Assembly: GCF_004010195.1 (NCBI RefSeq)
Contig: NC_057753.1
Span: forward strand, 2,067,243 to 2,131,242
Direction: 5' to 3'
DNA: 64,000 nt
Source of the DNA: Chiloscyllium plagiosum
Taxonomy: Eukaryota
Part shown: piece by piece, positions 1 to 14,444 of the stretch
Position numbering within the stretch: position 1 is the first letter of the stretch
How the letters are laid out: each line of letters begins with the position of its first letter
Program-made: the position numbers and the translations under genes
Notes under the pieces: model-generated
The model's input: only the letters and a program-made list of their open reading frames with translations
Databases searched by the model: none
Told to the model about the DNA's origin: nothing

Positions 1-407
1 AGGTATGTTGTTGATGATAAAAGAAGGTTCAAAAATAAAGTACAAGGGGATGTTTCTGAGACAGCTTAGAATGCAGGCTGTTGATATAATCATAGTTGCA
101 ACTTTCTCAGTGCAATATTTCATTTTCAGCTTCTGGCAACAAATGGCAATGTATCGATCCAATGTGAAAGCGACAGTTACCCAAACAGAAGCATCTCTGA
201 CTCCATAAATTAACATAAGACTGGCACTGCAGACTGAGGTGATAGCCAGGAACGTCATTGGGAAATAAATTCCCACAATTCGGTTTAATATCACAGCTGT
301 GATAATGACCAGGATATCCGTGACCGCCATGGATACCAGGTAATATGTGATACACTTGGAAAGACCGCACCTCTCTCGTGACAGGATGACAATCACTGAA
401 AGATTAG
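1..407 (-). CDS. GPR139/GPR142-like class A GPCR, copy 1, exon 2 (continues beyond left edge of window)
   Basis: Acceptor ttttcctag|CT at 408/407. Open frame ANLSVIVILSRERCGLSKCITYYLVSMAVTDILV...VWVTVAFTLDRYIAICC...EPSFIINNIP, with TM1 Asn, TM2 AxxD and DRY motif. About 82% aa identity (25 differences in 136 by hand count) to copy 2. Confidence 0.9.
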
Positions 408-1629
408 CTAGGAAAAAGGAGACATGATGAGTGAATACATGATGAGAGCAAATAAAGAAGTAACCAAAGAAAGACTGAAAGAGACGTCTGAGCATCCTCA
501 ACTTTCTGGAAGCAATTGCAAAGTGAGAAAAGAGTGTACATTTTGCACTAAATTATTTCTATTAAACAACATAAAAAAGGTCTCTAGTTGTCAGCATAAC
601 CAGACAATTATGTAATAGTGGATAAAGGGATAAATTCTGGTTTCCAAATTCTTTCTTTATGACTCAGTTGCAGGAAATTCATTCTGTGGTGCTTTGTGAC
701 AATTTCAAGCGAGGAACAAAAGCGAAAGTAGTCTGAAAGATTGATAAGTTGAAGAAGCAGCAAATTATATCGACCAAGCAAATGATCAAAAATAAGTGGA
801 TGATGTAGAGTATAAGAAATTTTGACGATTTTCACATTTAGGTAGATGTCCAGGAAGAGATAATTTAAAAACAAAATGCATTTGTCCTCTGAAAGAAATG
901 AAGCCTGGAATTGCATCTGATAATGATCTTAAACTAAAGCAACATTGTTTTGTGACAGAGAATAAAGTAACATAATAGCTGAAGTCCAAGTTAAGCTCTG
1001 TTGACAATGCTCTCAGTTTTGATTCCATCGATATTGGCTTCAAATCTTACTGCAAGACGTCAGTACTGACTTTGTATTGCATTGCCCAGGCTGTTGCATT
1101 CGTGCTAAAACAATAAACGGAAGATGTGAGGAATAAGACGCGAATGCAAAGACTGACTGAGCTATCAAGACGCTGCGGTTAATAGTCCATCACAAACAGC
1201 GAATAGTGTTCCATCCTCTGTCAATAGCTGTGCAGATAAAAAGTAAGTGATGCATTTGCAACGTGACAATTGTTTGACAATTGGAGGTCTCAAAACACAA
1301 TCAACGTGTAATTAAATATTCATTTTCGTGAGATGATGCACTTCCAATAATAGCGCTAAGAACACAACAGAACAGCATTTCTGACTTCTGATATCAATAA
1401 ACTAGTAGAAAAGAGGAAGAATATATTGCTCGAGGATGAACAGTGCACTAACAATATAAACAACTATTCAATTGAAAAGGAGAAATTACAGTGTTAAAGT
1501 GGAAAAAACTACATTAATTGAAAACACCTTGTTCGTAAAAATGGAACGTCATTGCCCTAAAACGGTAAGTGAAACATTCTAATCCAATGAAAGTAAAATT
1601 TTCACAATCTTGCTGAATCATAGCGTTGC

Positions 1630-1775
1630 ACTCTCGTTAGACATAGATGACTACTGGTGGTTACTGTGCCGCAGGCGAGATGAAATCTCGAAAAAGACAG
1701 TCCTTCGTGGTAACCTCAAACAGTGCGGGAATAGAAACTAAAACCTGCTATCCAGGCGACTGAGCTAACTGACTC
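1630..1775 (-). mobile_element. Decayed SINE-like element in GPCR intron
   Basis: Minus strand starts with tRNA A-box-like TAGCTCAGTCG. A homologous element sits at about 34150-34330 in the copy 2 intron. Family not identified. Confidence 0.4.
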
Positions 1776-1963
1776 CTTCAAAATTACAAAGCCCAAATAG
1801 ACAATCTCGTTGAATCTGGCCATGTTGACCGACAGATTACCAAAATGATTCTGAATACATCAGGACCGCATTATTGAAAACTGAGAGACAGGGTAAACTG
1901 AAATGCGAAAATTCAAGAAGTTATTGCAATCATGACTGTTTAATAAAAAACAGTATCCTTTAC

Positions 1964-2033
1964 CCGGAACCCCAATAGCTGCTAGGATTGGATAGTAAAT
2001 AGCAAACACGAGCCCTTTCGGCAATCCATGCAT
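1964..2033 (-). CDS. GPR139/GPR142-like GPCR, copy 1, exon 1
   Basis: ATG at 2033; MHGLPKGLVFAIYYPILAAIGVP+G, then GTAAAG donor. The phase-1 intron (1556 nt) joins in frame to exon 2. Near-identical to exon 1 of copy 2. Confidence 0.9.
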
Positions 2034-3544
2034 TTTTGTTTTAATTTTCAGTTGCATTTGGCACTTCAGTGGATGATAGTCAATTTTATACCTGATGCCA
2101 TGCTCCAGAGACACAATTAACTGCCTTGGTGTTTTGCAGTAATTGCCCACAGCGTAACAATCAGATTAGAGTTGCTTCTTTCTGGCTCATCTTCAAATTT
2201 GAGGGAGTAAAAGTTTTATTCAGAGGCACTGGCACTACCCTAAAGCGAAGTTCTTGATTTAAAAAAAAATGACAGAGGCATTTGTAAATATACACGAGTG
2301 TGCTTTACATAAAGAATCAGTATCTGTCAGTAAGATTTCTCTGAACTGCGACATTCTGTTTTACTGGAAAATGTCGCCTAATTATTATTCAGTCCAAGTG
2401 ATATCTGATTTGGTTCAAGTCTTCCTGAAACTGTAATAATTACTTTAAAGCAATCATTAGTGCACTGGTAGTGGGCTTGTCCGTTATATGTTCTGCTTCA
2501 TTCACATGTCCTGTTTCATGTTCTGTTCACAAAGTTGGTTTGCTTTGGCAATTACTTCGAGTGCACACTGGACTGCGTGCAAAATGTTACACTGTACTCC
2601 AATACGTCAAGCACATTTTGTACTATACTCATTTCCAATTCATTAGCAATATTAGAATTGACGTTTGCTGCTTTCTGCAATATATTTCGAATTGGTGAAG
2701 CCTGATCAGTCCGATTACCTTCAGTGTAAACTGATCCATTGCATTCTATTGCATTCTGTCCGTGGAGGACCATGTCACTGTCGTTGTCTTCCCTGTGGAG
2801 TCGCGTGGGGGAGGGTCGGGTTCAATCCATTCATTGAACAGACAGTGACTGGTCCATAATGGTTAAATTGAGCATCGACAGGACCATTTTGTACTCTCTG
2901 ATAACAAAATGACAGATCCACGTCCACCTCAGGGTGTATTTAGTCAGGGAAGAAATGTCGAATAAAGTTAATGTAGTTGTGAAGCAGTCCAAGTAAATTG
3001 GTTATTTGTATGGTGAAATCATCTAGTTTTTAATATTTATATCCAATTTTGAAAATTGCCACTCAGTTTTGAGCGAAGTTAGCTCCCGTGAAATCATGTT
3101 CGATTCAGCAGAGTTGCAGTCAGCATACACAGGTTCAGTTCAGCACAGTTATATTCAAAGTACTCACGCACAGTTCTGCCGAAGATCAATTGAGGACGCC
3201 GAGTTCATTGGGCTAGGTTCATGTCAGCAGTGGCCCTTCAGCTTTTGATCAAGACTGTAACACATTCGAAACCGGTGACTGCACTGAGTTGCGAAAGTTG
3301 AGGTGGAATGAGGTACAATGTCAAGGGTTGAATTTTCTGCGATTGTCCTTGTTTGCGAAATATACCTGGAAATGATCTGAGGAGACTGATTCGGAAGGAA
3401 AAGAAATCGAGGAATTGTTCCACTGCTCAAAATGATCATTATAGATCTGACAATGCTCAACTTTAATTTTTTGCGTTTTGCATAAAATCATTTTCTATCA
3501 CAGAGTTTTGAAAGTAAACTCTCACATCAACTTGAATATACTCC

Positions 3545-4970
3545 GTGACACAACCTCCATAGCTCTCTGTGGTGCACCACCCCCCACCTTTTCCTCCGCT
3601 ACATCGATGATTGTATCGGCGCTGCCTCGTGCTCCCACGAGGAGGTTGAACAATTCATCCACTTTTCCAACATCTTCCACCCCGATCTCAAATTTACCTG
3701 GACCCTCTCAGACTCCTCCCTCCCCTTCCTAGACCTCTCCATGTCTATTTCGGACGACCGAGTCAACACGGACATTTACTATAAACCGACCGAATCCCAC
3801 AGCTACCTAGACTACACCTCCTCCCACCCTGCCCCCTGTAAAAACGCCATCCCATATTCCCATATTCCCAATTCCTTCGTCTCCGCTGCATCTGCTCCCA
3901 GGAGGATCAGTTCCAATACCGAACAACCCAGATGGCCTCCTTCTTCAAAGACCGCAACTTCCTCCCGGACGTGATCGATGATGCTCTCCACCGCATCTCC
4001 TCCACTTCCCGCTCCTCCGCCCTTGAGCCCCGCCTCTCCAATCGCCACCAGGACAGAACCCCACTGGTCCTCACCTTCCACCTCACCAACCTCCATATAC
4101 ATCGTATCATCCGTCGTCATTTCCGCCACCTCCAAACGGACCCCACCACCAGGGATATATTTCCCTCCCCTCCTCTATCAGCGTTCCGAATAGACCACTC
4201 CCTTCGTGACTCCCTAGTCAGGTCCACACCCCCCACCAACCCAGCCTCTACGCCCGGCACCTTCCCCTGCAACTGCAAGAAATGCTAAACTTGCGCCCAT
4301 ACCTCCCCCCTTACTTCCCTCCAAGGCCCCAGGGGATCCTTCCATATCCGCCACAAATTCACCTGCACCTCCACACACATCATTTACTGCACCTGCTGCA
4401 CCCAATGTGGCGTCCTCTATATTGGAGAGACAGTCCGCCTACTTGCTGAATATTTCAGAGAACACCTCTGGGACACCCAGACCAACCAACCCAACCACCC
4501 CATGGCTCAACACTTCAACTCCCCCTCCCACTCCACCAAGGACATGCAGGTCTTTGGACTCCTCCATCGCCAGACCATAGCAACACGACGGCTGGAGGAA
4601 GAGCGCCTCAACCACAAGGGATGAACTCAGATTTCTCCAGTTTCCTCATTGCCCCTCCCCCACCTTGTCTCAGTCCAAACACTCGAACTCAGCACCTTCC
4701 TAACCTGCAATCTTCTTCCACCCCCACTCCGGCCTATCACCCTCACCTTAACCTCCTTCCACCTATCCCATTTCCAACGTCCCTCCCCCAAGTCCCTCCT
4801 CCCTACCTTTTATCTTAGCCTTCTTGGCACACTCTCCTCATTCCTGAAGAAGGGCTCAAGCCCGAAACGTCGATTCTTCTGCTCCTTGGATGTTGCCTGA
4901 CCTGCTGTGCTTTTCCAGCAACACATTTTCAGCTCTGCTCTCCAGCTTCTGCAGACCTCACTTTCTCCCC
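3545..4970 (+). mobile_element. Penelope-like retroelement (family 1), 5'-truncated: RT C-terminus, GIY-YIG endonuclease, pseudo-LTR
   Basis: YIDDCIG, DIYYKPTESHSYLDYTSSHP, TFPCNCKKC, IIYC..C..CG.LYIGET motifs; frameshifts and stops; 3' hammerhead motif. Confidence 0.85.
4840..4875 (+). ncRNA. Minimal type-I hammerhead ribozyme motif in Penelope pseudo-LTR
   Basis: CTGAAGA-A-GGGC-TCAA-GCCC-GAAAC-GTC: CUGANGA box, stem II, GAAA box, GUC cleavage triplet. Stem I is weak. Confidence 0.65.
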
Positions 4971-4974
4971 GTTA

Positions 4975-6780
4975 GTGAAAGCCAACACAGCATACACATA
5001 CTTCACAACCCTATTAAATTGGGTGGCAACTTTGAGGACAATGACCACAATTCCCTCGGTTCCTGTACAATGTCAGTAATTCTGCCTTTAATCCTATAAT
5101 CTTCGTTCAAAGCCGACCTTCCAAAATGAATCCGTTCACACTTTTCTAGTGGGAACTCCATCTACCACACTTCAGCCAAGTTCTGCATCCGATCAAAGTC
5201 CCATTGCAACCTACAACTATCCACCAAGCCACCAGCACGCTTACTTACCCACCCTTCCATTTCATCATCCAAACATTTATAATAATCACAAAGAGCAGAG
5301 AGCTCAGAATGGATATCTGCATGACACCACTAGTGATTGACCTCAGAGCTGAATACTGTCCAACTGCTGCCACCCTCTGTCTTCTATGCGCTAGCCGTTT
5401 CTGCAAACGGATGGACAAACGTTCCGTATCCCTTGCCTCCTTACTTTCTTAATGAGCCTACCATGGGGAACATTATCAACCGCATTCCTAATAATCATGT
5501 GCACCACATCAAAATCTATGACATCTACTACAAGCCCACCGACTCCCACAGCTACCGAGACTACACCTCCTCCCACCCATCTCCCGTAAGAGCGCCATTC
5601 CTTATTCCCAATTCCTCTGCCTCCATTGCATCTGTTCCCAGGATGACCAATTCCAACTTCGAAAATCCCAAATGGCCTCCTTCTTACAAGGTTACAATTT
5701 CTCTTTCCCGTGGTTCACAATGACTTCCAGCAACATGTCATCCACTTCCAGCACCACCGTCCAAGAAATCCACCCCTCTCAACACAACTACGTCAAAAAC
5801 ACCCCCACCCCCGGTTCGCGCATCCAAGACCGCCAACCTTCACACACATCGCATCATCCTCCATCACTTCTGCCACCTCCAAACGCACCCCACCACCAGC
5901 GATATATGTCCCTCCCCACCCCTATCAGCATTCCAGAGAGACCATTCTCTTCGCGACTCCCTCATCAGGTCGACGCCCTCCACCAGCCTATTCCCCGCTC
6001 CTAGCATATATCCCTGCCACCACCGGAAGTGAAAAACCTGCGCCTACACCACTCACCTCACCTCCGTCCACGGACGCAAAGGATACTTCTACATCCGACA
6101 GAAATTTATTTATACATTTACCAATGTTATCTACTGTATCCATTGCACGCGATGTGTTCTCCTCTACATCATGGAGACAGGATGCCTTATTGCAGATCAT
6201 TTCAGAGAACATCTCTGGGATACCCATATCAACCAACCCCCTCCGCCCTATGAGTGAACACTTCAACTCCCCCTCCCACTCCGTCAAGTACAACCAGGTC
6301 TTGGGCCTCTTCTACTGTTAAATCATTACCCCCCAAACGATTACCCAAATATTCTGGATTGTTACCTTGCAACCACACGGGATAAATATGGATTTCAACA
6401 GTCTCCTCAATTCCCCTCCCGCCACATTATCCCAGTCCCAAGCCTCCAACTCCCCAGACCTATCTCCTTCTCCCTCACCTTTATCTACTTGTCGTTTTCT
6501 CAGATACCTTCTCCCAACCCCACTCCTATTTGTCTTTCAGCCTCCCAGCCCAAAAGTCTCACTCCTGATGAAGGGCTTATGCCGGATACATCGAGTCTCC
6601 TTGTCCTTGGAAGCTGCCTGACCTGCTGTGCTTTTCCAGCATCACACTCTCGACACGACATCCAAAGCTTTCCCTTCATCAGTGTGTTTTTTCACTTCCT
6701 CAAAGAATGCAATAACGCATGACCTGCCCCTCACAAAGCCACGCTGACGATCTCTAATCAAGCTAAAGTTTTCCAGGTAA
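4975..6780 (-). mobile_element. Decayed CR1 LINE RT fragment, split by a Penelope insertion
   Basis: Minus-strand remnants such as VPHGRL and HFG; CR1 resumes after about 6660. Confidence 0.6.
5505..6655 (+). mobile_element. Penelope-like element (family 1), decayed
   Basis: DIYYKPTDSHSYRDYTSSHP and a GIY-YIG remnant; terminal CTGATGAAGGGCTTATGCCGGATACATC (mutated hammerhead). Confidence 0.8.
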
Positions 6781-6799
6781 TCATTAAAACATGATTGGG

Positions 6800-8080
6800 T
6801 GCTTAGAAGTAATCATCATCCGATCTTAATGGGTTGATAAGAGAAACAAGGATGGAAATAGCTGACATATTTATCATAATCTTTCAATGTTCCTTCAATA
6901 CTGATGTAGTGACAGATAAACGAAGGGTTAACTGTATTACATCTTTGGAAATAAATAAAAAAGAGAGAAACTAATTAACCACGGGCCAGTCACACAATTT
7001 TCACTCTTGCTGGGGAGATTATGGAATTCATGATTGAAATACGTTTCACCAGAAATCATGCTACATGGCTTTGTGAAAGGCAAACGACTGAGTTGATGAA
7101 ATTGGACGAATGATGAGGGTAGTTATGTTCATATTTTCATGTGATTTTAACAAGGTGTCTCATATGAATCTTAAAATAAAAGGCCATTGGATTAACACAC
7201 CCTGGCAGTCACAGTGTTGATACAAAACCAGCTATGGAATAGAAAACAGTAAATGGTGGTGAATGAATGTTTCACAGATTCAAGGGACGTAAATTATGTT
7301 ATCCTTCAGGGATTAAGACCATTGCTCTTTTAATGCATATTAGTACTCTGGGTATAATTTCAAAGTTCGCAGAAGACATACAAGTTGCAAACATAATATA
7401 CAATGTGAAAGGGAGCAGCAAACTTCAGGAAGACAGCGACCGCAGAAAATGGTAGTTACATAGCAGTTCTGAGAAGTGTGGAAATGCATGTTGGAAGGAA
7501 TAATGAAGATAGGCAAGTTAAACTAAGTTGCGCACTATGCTTACCTTTACTGCCGTTACCTGAACAGGTACAGTGCAACTTTCGAGGAAACTCCATCCTT
7601 TTAATGTATTATCGTGTAGGAACACATAGACGTAGGGGCTCAGGCACATAATTGTTTCAAATTTGCGACAAGGTAGGCTGGGTGTTTAGAAGGAATTTCA
7701 CACGCTTGCCTTCTTTGCTTAGAACCTTACCTTCTTTGCTTATGTGTATAAGAGTTGCGACATCATGTTGAGTTTGTACACGACGCTGGTGAGACTCTTT
7801 TGGAGTACTGTGTGCATGTCTGATCGCGCTGTTATAATAAAGACATTGTTAAACTGGATTGCATTCAGACATATATACCAGGACGTTATGGGGAATGAAG
7901 GGTTTGATTTACAAAAGTAGTCTGGGGACGTTTTCACTGGAGCTTTGGAAGTTGGGCGGTGACCTTTTAGAGCTTTATAAAATCATGAGAGGCATAGATA
8001 TCGTAAATATGAGAAGTGGGCGTGGTTAGATGGAAGGCTATATTTTTATGGCTGTATAACTCTGTGACTGTATAATAGAA
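6800..8080 (+). mobile_element. Old CR1 LINE RT fragment
   Basis: HGFVKGK, ISKFAED and LEYCV-like remnants, heavily degenerate. Confidence 0.6.
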
Positions 8081-9070
8081 CGGGGAAATGATCCAGTTGT
8101 GAAAGAATCTGGGCATGTTATTCACTTTCACGTGTCTTTTTCTTAACTTAAAGAGAAAGAACGTGTTTGCAAAAGAACTGCATGTGTCTGGTTTTCTTTG
8201 TCTCCCAATATCGATATTCCAGTGTCTTCACTTCAGAAAGAAAGTGATTTGATAGCCTATCTATCATTCCAGCAAAAATAGAAGTTGCTGGAAAAAGGAG
8301 TAGGTCTACCAGCATGTGTGTAGAGGAAAAATAAACTAACTTTTTGTGTCGAATGATCCTTCCTATTTCGACTTTTTTCTAATTCATAGCATCCGCCGTT
8401 CTTCAGGTTTATCTGTCATTTTGGAACAAATGTCAATGTCAGTGATTCTTTGTGAGCACCCGAGAAACTTGGTTCATCCGCGTTCATAAATGAGTTCAAT
8501 CCTGATGTTAACTGGCTGAGATGCTCATGGGTCTGACCGCTTTAAAACATGAACATATTACATTTCAAGGAAAGGAGTGAGCAACTAATTTTGAGAAAAG
8601 ATGTGCAGGTCATGTTTTTTTTTTAGTGAGAGTTAACCAAACATACTTTGGCAGAGACACATTAAATGTGTTGCTTGCCGTGTCTCAAAATGCATTCACC
8701 TCATAAGCCTTGTTTTGGCTTTTGAGATCTGGTGGAAATTTGATGTTGTATGTGGAAATACTCAATCACCGAATAAAAAGGTGATTGAGCATAAAATGGT
8801 GAAAATCCAAAAGATCTATTGCTGCGCCTTGCTATACTGCAGTACCATTCATGGTTTATTATCGTTGTTTTACTAATTTACAGATTGTGGGCATTGCTGT
8901 TTTTGCCCAGCTTTGTTGCCCATTTAAAACACATTGCTGTTTGCCTGATATGTAGTACATGCCAAGTAAAGAGTTGAACTTACTTCCTTAAGGCCATTTT
9001 TAGTACATTTGATCCCGAGCTTCAGAAATATCGATATTGAGAACAAAAAGAGGGATGCAATGTTGTACAT

Positions 9071-9739
9071 TTGCTACAACATGGGTAAATTCTCCTGCTT
9101 AATTTAAACCAGCAACACAGAAAAGATTTATCTCTTGGACTACTTAAAGTAAAAATTAATAACTTTATTTCTTAAAGTGTAACAGAGAATAATTAACAAA
9201 TAACTATTTACAACTCCTTACTCTAACCTATGTTTGATTTTCCCTTCTATAATGCTAGTCCATAAAACCCCGATTAAGAATTACTGAAAAATTCGAATTT
9301 CCTAACCAGCCCGCAGTCGCAGCTTCTCTTTATCTTCTTCTGTCGATTTGCTGTCCACGTCGGAATTGTTGTTTTTCTCTGGGCAAACTCCTCGTCTAGA
9401 CAGGTATCTCTCAGAGAATTCTGACTAGCAGCCTACATCTGTTGTTGTTTTGGCAGTTCTCCTCTAATGCTTCAAATTTTCCCAGTCTTATACCTGCAAA
9501 GCAACGGATTGTTTTATTGCCCTTTAACGATATCAATATACTAAATTCAGAATTGATTGGAGTTTGCTATTATTGGGGGTATAATTTAAAATGATTGACC
9601 TTATTAACATTTATTTTTGTCTCGAGGCAACGAGCTAGCCAAACTGCTGGGTCACGTGTTACATTGAATCCTATGCTGTCAGGTAGTTCTGCGAGATTTT
9701 AACTCTCGTAAAGGTACAGAAACCCATATCTTCAAAACA
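9071..9739 (-). mobile_element. Candidate 3' LTR of the Gypsy/Gmr1-like element
   Basis: About 670 bp non-coding segment with TG...CA ends, just downstream (minus strand) of the RNase H end. No second LTR found to confirm. Confidence 0.35.
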
Positions 9740-10149
9740 ACTCACACGTTTAGAAAAAAAGAAACATCATAATGAAAAGATGGTTTAATTTTTTAAATAT
9801 TCTTTAAACACATTGCACCAACATACTGATAACTTTAATTTAAGTTCACCTTAACATCTTCCCATCCAACTGTATGTGTATGTAGGAAAGATTAAACAAA
9901 TACAAATCTTGTCTTAACTTTATCAGTTAAATCCGCGATAACATTCTTATGAACTGCAACATGCACATTTTTAGATTAAAAGTCTGTAACATAAGACTGC
10001 AACGAAATAGTATCACATTCTCTTCTTTAAACCGTTCTAATAATGTAAATGAATTCTGATCCGTTTATACAACCATCTTCAAAACATTGTTCATGACATA
10101 AGCATTAAAGTGTTGTCGGTCCAGTACCAACATCAATAGTTCTGTTTCT

Positions 10150-13100
10150 ATCATAGAATCATTGGGTCATAGAGATGTACAGCATGGAAACAGACCCTTC
10201 GGTCCAATCCGTCCATGCCGACCAGATATCCCAACCCCAACGAGTCCAATCTGCCAGCACCCGGCCCATATCCCTCCAAAACCTTGCCATTCAAATACCC
10301 ACCCAAATGCCTCTTAAATGTTACAATTGTACCAGACTCCAACGCATCCTCTGGGAGTCCATTCCATACACGTACCACCCTCTGCGTGAAAAAGGTGCCC
10401 CTTTGGTCTCTTTTATATCTTTCCCCTCTCACCCTAAACTTATGCCCTCTAGTTCTGGACTCCCTGACCCCAGAGAAAATGCTTTGTCTATTTATCCTAT
10501 CCATTTCCCTCATAATTTTGTAAACCTTTATAAGGTCACCCCCAGCCTCCGACACTCCAGGGAAAACAGCCCCAGCCTTTCCAGTCTCTCCCTGTAGCTC
10601 AGATCCTCAACCATGGCAACATCCTTGTAAATCTTTTCTGAACCTTTTCATGTTTCACAACATTTTTCCGATAGGAAGGAGACCAGAATTGCATGCAATA
10701 TTCCAACATTGGCCTAACCAATGTCTTGTACAGCCTCAACGTGACCTCCCATCTCCTGTACTCAATACTGTGACCAACAAAGGAAAGCTTACCAGGCGCC
10801 TTCTTCACTATCCTATCTACCTGCGACTCCACTTTCAAGGAGCTATGAACCTGCACGCCAAGGTCTCTTTCTTCAGCAGCACTCCCTAGGAACTTACCAT
10901 TAAGTGTATAAGTCCTGCTAAGATTTGCTTTCCCAAAATGCAGCATCTCGCATTTATCTGAATTAAACTCCGTCTGCCACTTCTCAGTCCATTGGCCCAT
11001 CTGGTCCAGATCCTGTTGTAATCTGATGTAACCTTCTTCGCTGTCTACTACACCTCCAATTTTGGTGTCATCTGCACACTTACTAACTGCACCTCTTATG
11101 CTCGCATTCAAATCATTTATGTAAATGACAAAAAGTAGAGGGTCCAGCACCCATCCTTGTGGCACTCCACTGGTCAAAGGCCTCCAGTCAAACAACCCTT
11201 CACCACCACCCTCTGTCTTCTACTTTGAGCCAGTTCTGTAACCAAATGGCTAGGTCTCCTTGTATTCGATGAGAACTAACCTTGATAATCAGTATCCCAT
11301 GGGGAACCTTGTCGTACGCCTTACTGAAGTCCATGTAGATCACAACTACTGCTCTGCCCCATCAATCTTCTTTGTTACTTCATCAAATAAATCAGTCAAA
11401 TTAGTGAGACATGATTTCCCACGCAAAAAACCATGTTGACTATCCCTAATCAGTCCTTGCCTTTTCAAATACATGTACATCCTGTCCCTCAGGATTCCCT
11501 CCAACAGATTGCCCACCACCGACGTCAGGCTCACTGGTCTATAGTTCCCTGGCTTGTTTTTACCACCCTTCTTAAACAGTGGCACCACATTTGCCAACCT
11601 CCAGTCTTCTGGCACCTCACCTGTGACTATTGATGATACAAATGTCTCAGCAAGAGGCCCAGCAATCACTTCTCTAGCTTCCCACATAGTTGTAGGTTAC
11701 ACCTGATCAGATCCTGGGAATTTATCCACCTTTAACCATTTCAGGACATCCAGCACCTCCTCCTCTGTAATTTGGACATTTTTCAAGATGTCACCATCTA
11801 TTTCCCTACAATCTATATCTTCCATATCCTTTTCCACAGTAAATTCTGATGCAATATATTCATTTAATATCTCCCCCATTTTCTGTGGCTCCACACAAAG
11901 GTCGCCTTGCTGATCTTTGAGGGGCCCTATTCTCTTTCTAGTTACCCTTTTGTCCTTAATACATTTGTTAAAACGCTTTGGATTCTCCTTAATTCTAATT
12001 GCCAAAGCTATCTCATGTCCCCGTTTTGCCCTCCTGATTTCCCTCTGAAGTATACTCCTACTTTCTTTATACTCGTCTAAGGATTCACTCGATCTATCCC
12101 GTCTATACCCGACATATGCTTCCTTCTTTTTCTTAACCAAACTCTCAATTTCGTTAGTCATCCAGCATTCCCGATACCTACCCGACTTCCCTATCACCCT
12201 GACAAGAATATACTTTCTCTGGATTCTTGTTATCTCATTTCTGAAGACTTCCCATTTCCAGCCTGTCCTTTATCTGCGAACATCTGCCTCCAATCTGCTT
12301 TCAAACGTTCTTGCCTAATACCGTCAAAATTGGCCTTTCTCCAATTTAGAACTTCAACTTTTTGATCTGGTCTATCCTCTTCCATCACTATGTTAAAACG
12401 AATAGAATTATGGTCGCTGGCCCCAAAGTGCTCCCCCACTGACAACTCAGTCACCTGCCCTGCCTTATTTCCCAAGAGTAGGTCAACCTTTGCACCTTCT
12501 CTAGTAGGTACATTCACATACTGAATCAGAAAATCGTCTTGTACACACTTAAGAAATTCCTCTCCATCTAAACTTTTAACACTATGGCAGTCCCAGTCGA
12601 CGTTTGGAAAGTTAAAGTCCCCTACCATAACTACCCTATTCTTCTTACAGATAGCTGAGATCTCCTTCCAAGTTTGTTTCTCAATTTCCCTCTGACTATT
12701 AGGAGGTCTATAATACAATCCCAATAAGGTGATTATCCTTTCTTATTTGTCAGTTCCACCTAAATAACTTCCCTGGATGTATTTCCGGGAATATCCTCCC
12801 TCAGCACAGGTGTAATGCTATCCCTTATCAAAAATGTCACTCCCCTTCCTCTCTTGCCTCCCTTTCTATCCTTCATGTAGAATTTGTATCCTGGAACATT
12901 CACCTGCCAGTCCAGCCCATCCCTGAGCCATGTTTCCGTAATTGCTATGATATCCCAGTCCCATGTTCCTAACCATGCTCTGAGTTCATCTGCCTACCCT
13001 GTTAGGCCCCTTGCATTGAAATAAATGCAGTTTAGTTTATTTGTCCTACCTTGTCCCTGCCTGCTCTGACTGTTTGACTCACTTCTGTTCTCAGCTGTAC

Positions 13101-14444
13101 CCGTCTCAGATCGATCTCTTTCCTCACTATCTCCCTGTGTCCCACCCCCCACCTTACTAGTGTAAATCCTCCCAGGCAGTTCTAGCAAATTGTCCTGCCA
13201 GTATATTAGCCCCCATCCAATTTAGATGCAATCCGTCCTTCTTGTACAGTTCACTTCTACCCCAAAAGAGATTCCAATGATCCAAAAACGTGAATCCTTC
13301 TCCCATACACCAGCTCCTCAGCCATTCATTCATCTGCTCTATCCTTCTATTCCTGCCCTCACTAGCTCGTAGCACGGGGAGTAATCCAGATATTACTACC
13401 CTTGAGAACCTCCTTTTTAAATTTCTGCCTAACTCTCTGTAATCTCCCTTCAGAATCTCAACCTTTTCGCTTCCAATGTCGTGGGTTCCTATGTGGACAA
13501 TGACCTCCTGCTGGCCCCCTCTCCCCCGTGAGAACATTCTGCACCCTCTCTGCGACATCCTTGATCATGGCACCAGGGAAACAACACACCATTCTGCCTT
13601 TTCTCTGCTGCCATAGAAACGTCTTTCTGTACTCGGAGTAGAGAATCCCCTAACACAAGTGATCTCTTGGAAGCCGACATATCCCTCGTTGCACTAGAGC
13701 CAGTCTCAAAACCAGAAACGTGGCTGTTCGTGCTACGATCCCCCGAGAATCCATCACCCCCTACATTTTGCAAAACAGCATACCTGTTTGAAATGGGTAT
13801 GTCCACAAAAGACTCCTGCACTAGCTGCCTACCTCTCTTACCTTTCCTGGAGTTAACCCATCTATGTGACTGTATCTGAGAAAGACCCCCTTCCTATAAC
13901 TGCCATCCATCACATACTGTTGCTGTTGCAAATTCCTCATCTCTTCAATCTGTCTCTCCAACCGATCCACTCGATCTGATAAGATTCGCATCCAACAGCA
14001 TATATGGCAGATATAATCCGCAGTAACCATTAAACTCTCTTTAAACTCCCACATCTGACAAGAAGTTCATATCACTACAAAGGCCATTTTTGCTCCTTCA
14101 AATCTACAGACTCAGAAAATAACACCGTCTTATTCCTCTACAAACACTGCCCAGGTTGAATTAATAGCTATGGCATATATATTAAGTTTAATCAAGAGAC
14201 TTATCTCCAAAAACACATAATCAAGAAATAATCCACTGTACTCACTACTGCAGACTTTTTCTTGGATAGACTTAAAACAACAATTAACTTATCTGATTCT
14301 GTGATGTGAACTTCGCCCAAACGTTCCTCGAAGATTAGTTGTGAATTTCACTGTTTGTTAATTTTCCCAGATGCACTCCGATGTCCAGCAATACACGAAT
14401 TCAAACAGCAAAGGCGGTAACTGTGCAGGTTCTCTCTCTCTCTC

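Noticed and set aside
2460..2880. Conserved ORF-like block upstream of both GPCR genes
   Set aside because: The paralogue reads AVVRMGPVYP, consistent with a decayed CR1 endonuclease VVMGDFN motif; frame is not conserved.
3160..3200. J-segment-like QLIFGRTV followed by GTGAGT on the minus strand
   Set aside because: No FGxG, too short, no 12-RSS upstream, and not retained in the paralogous region near 35990.
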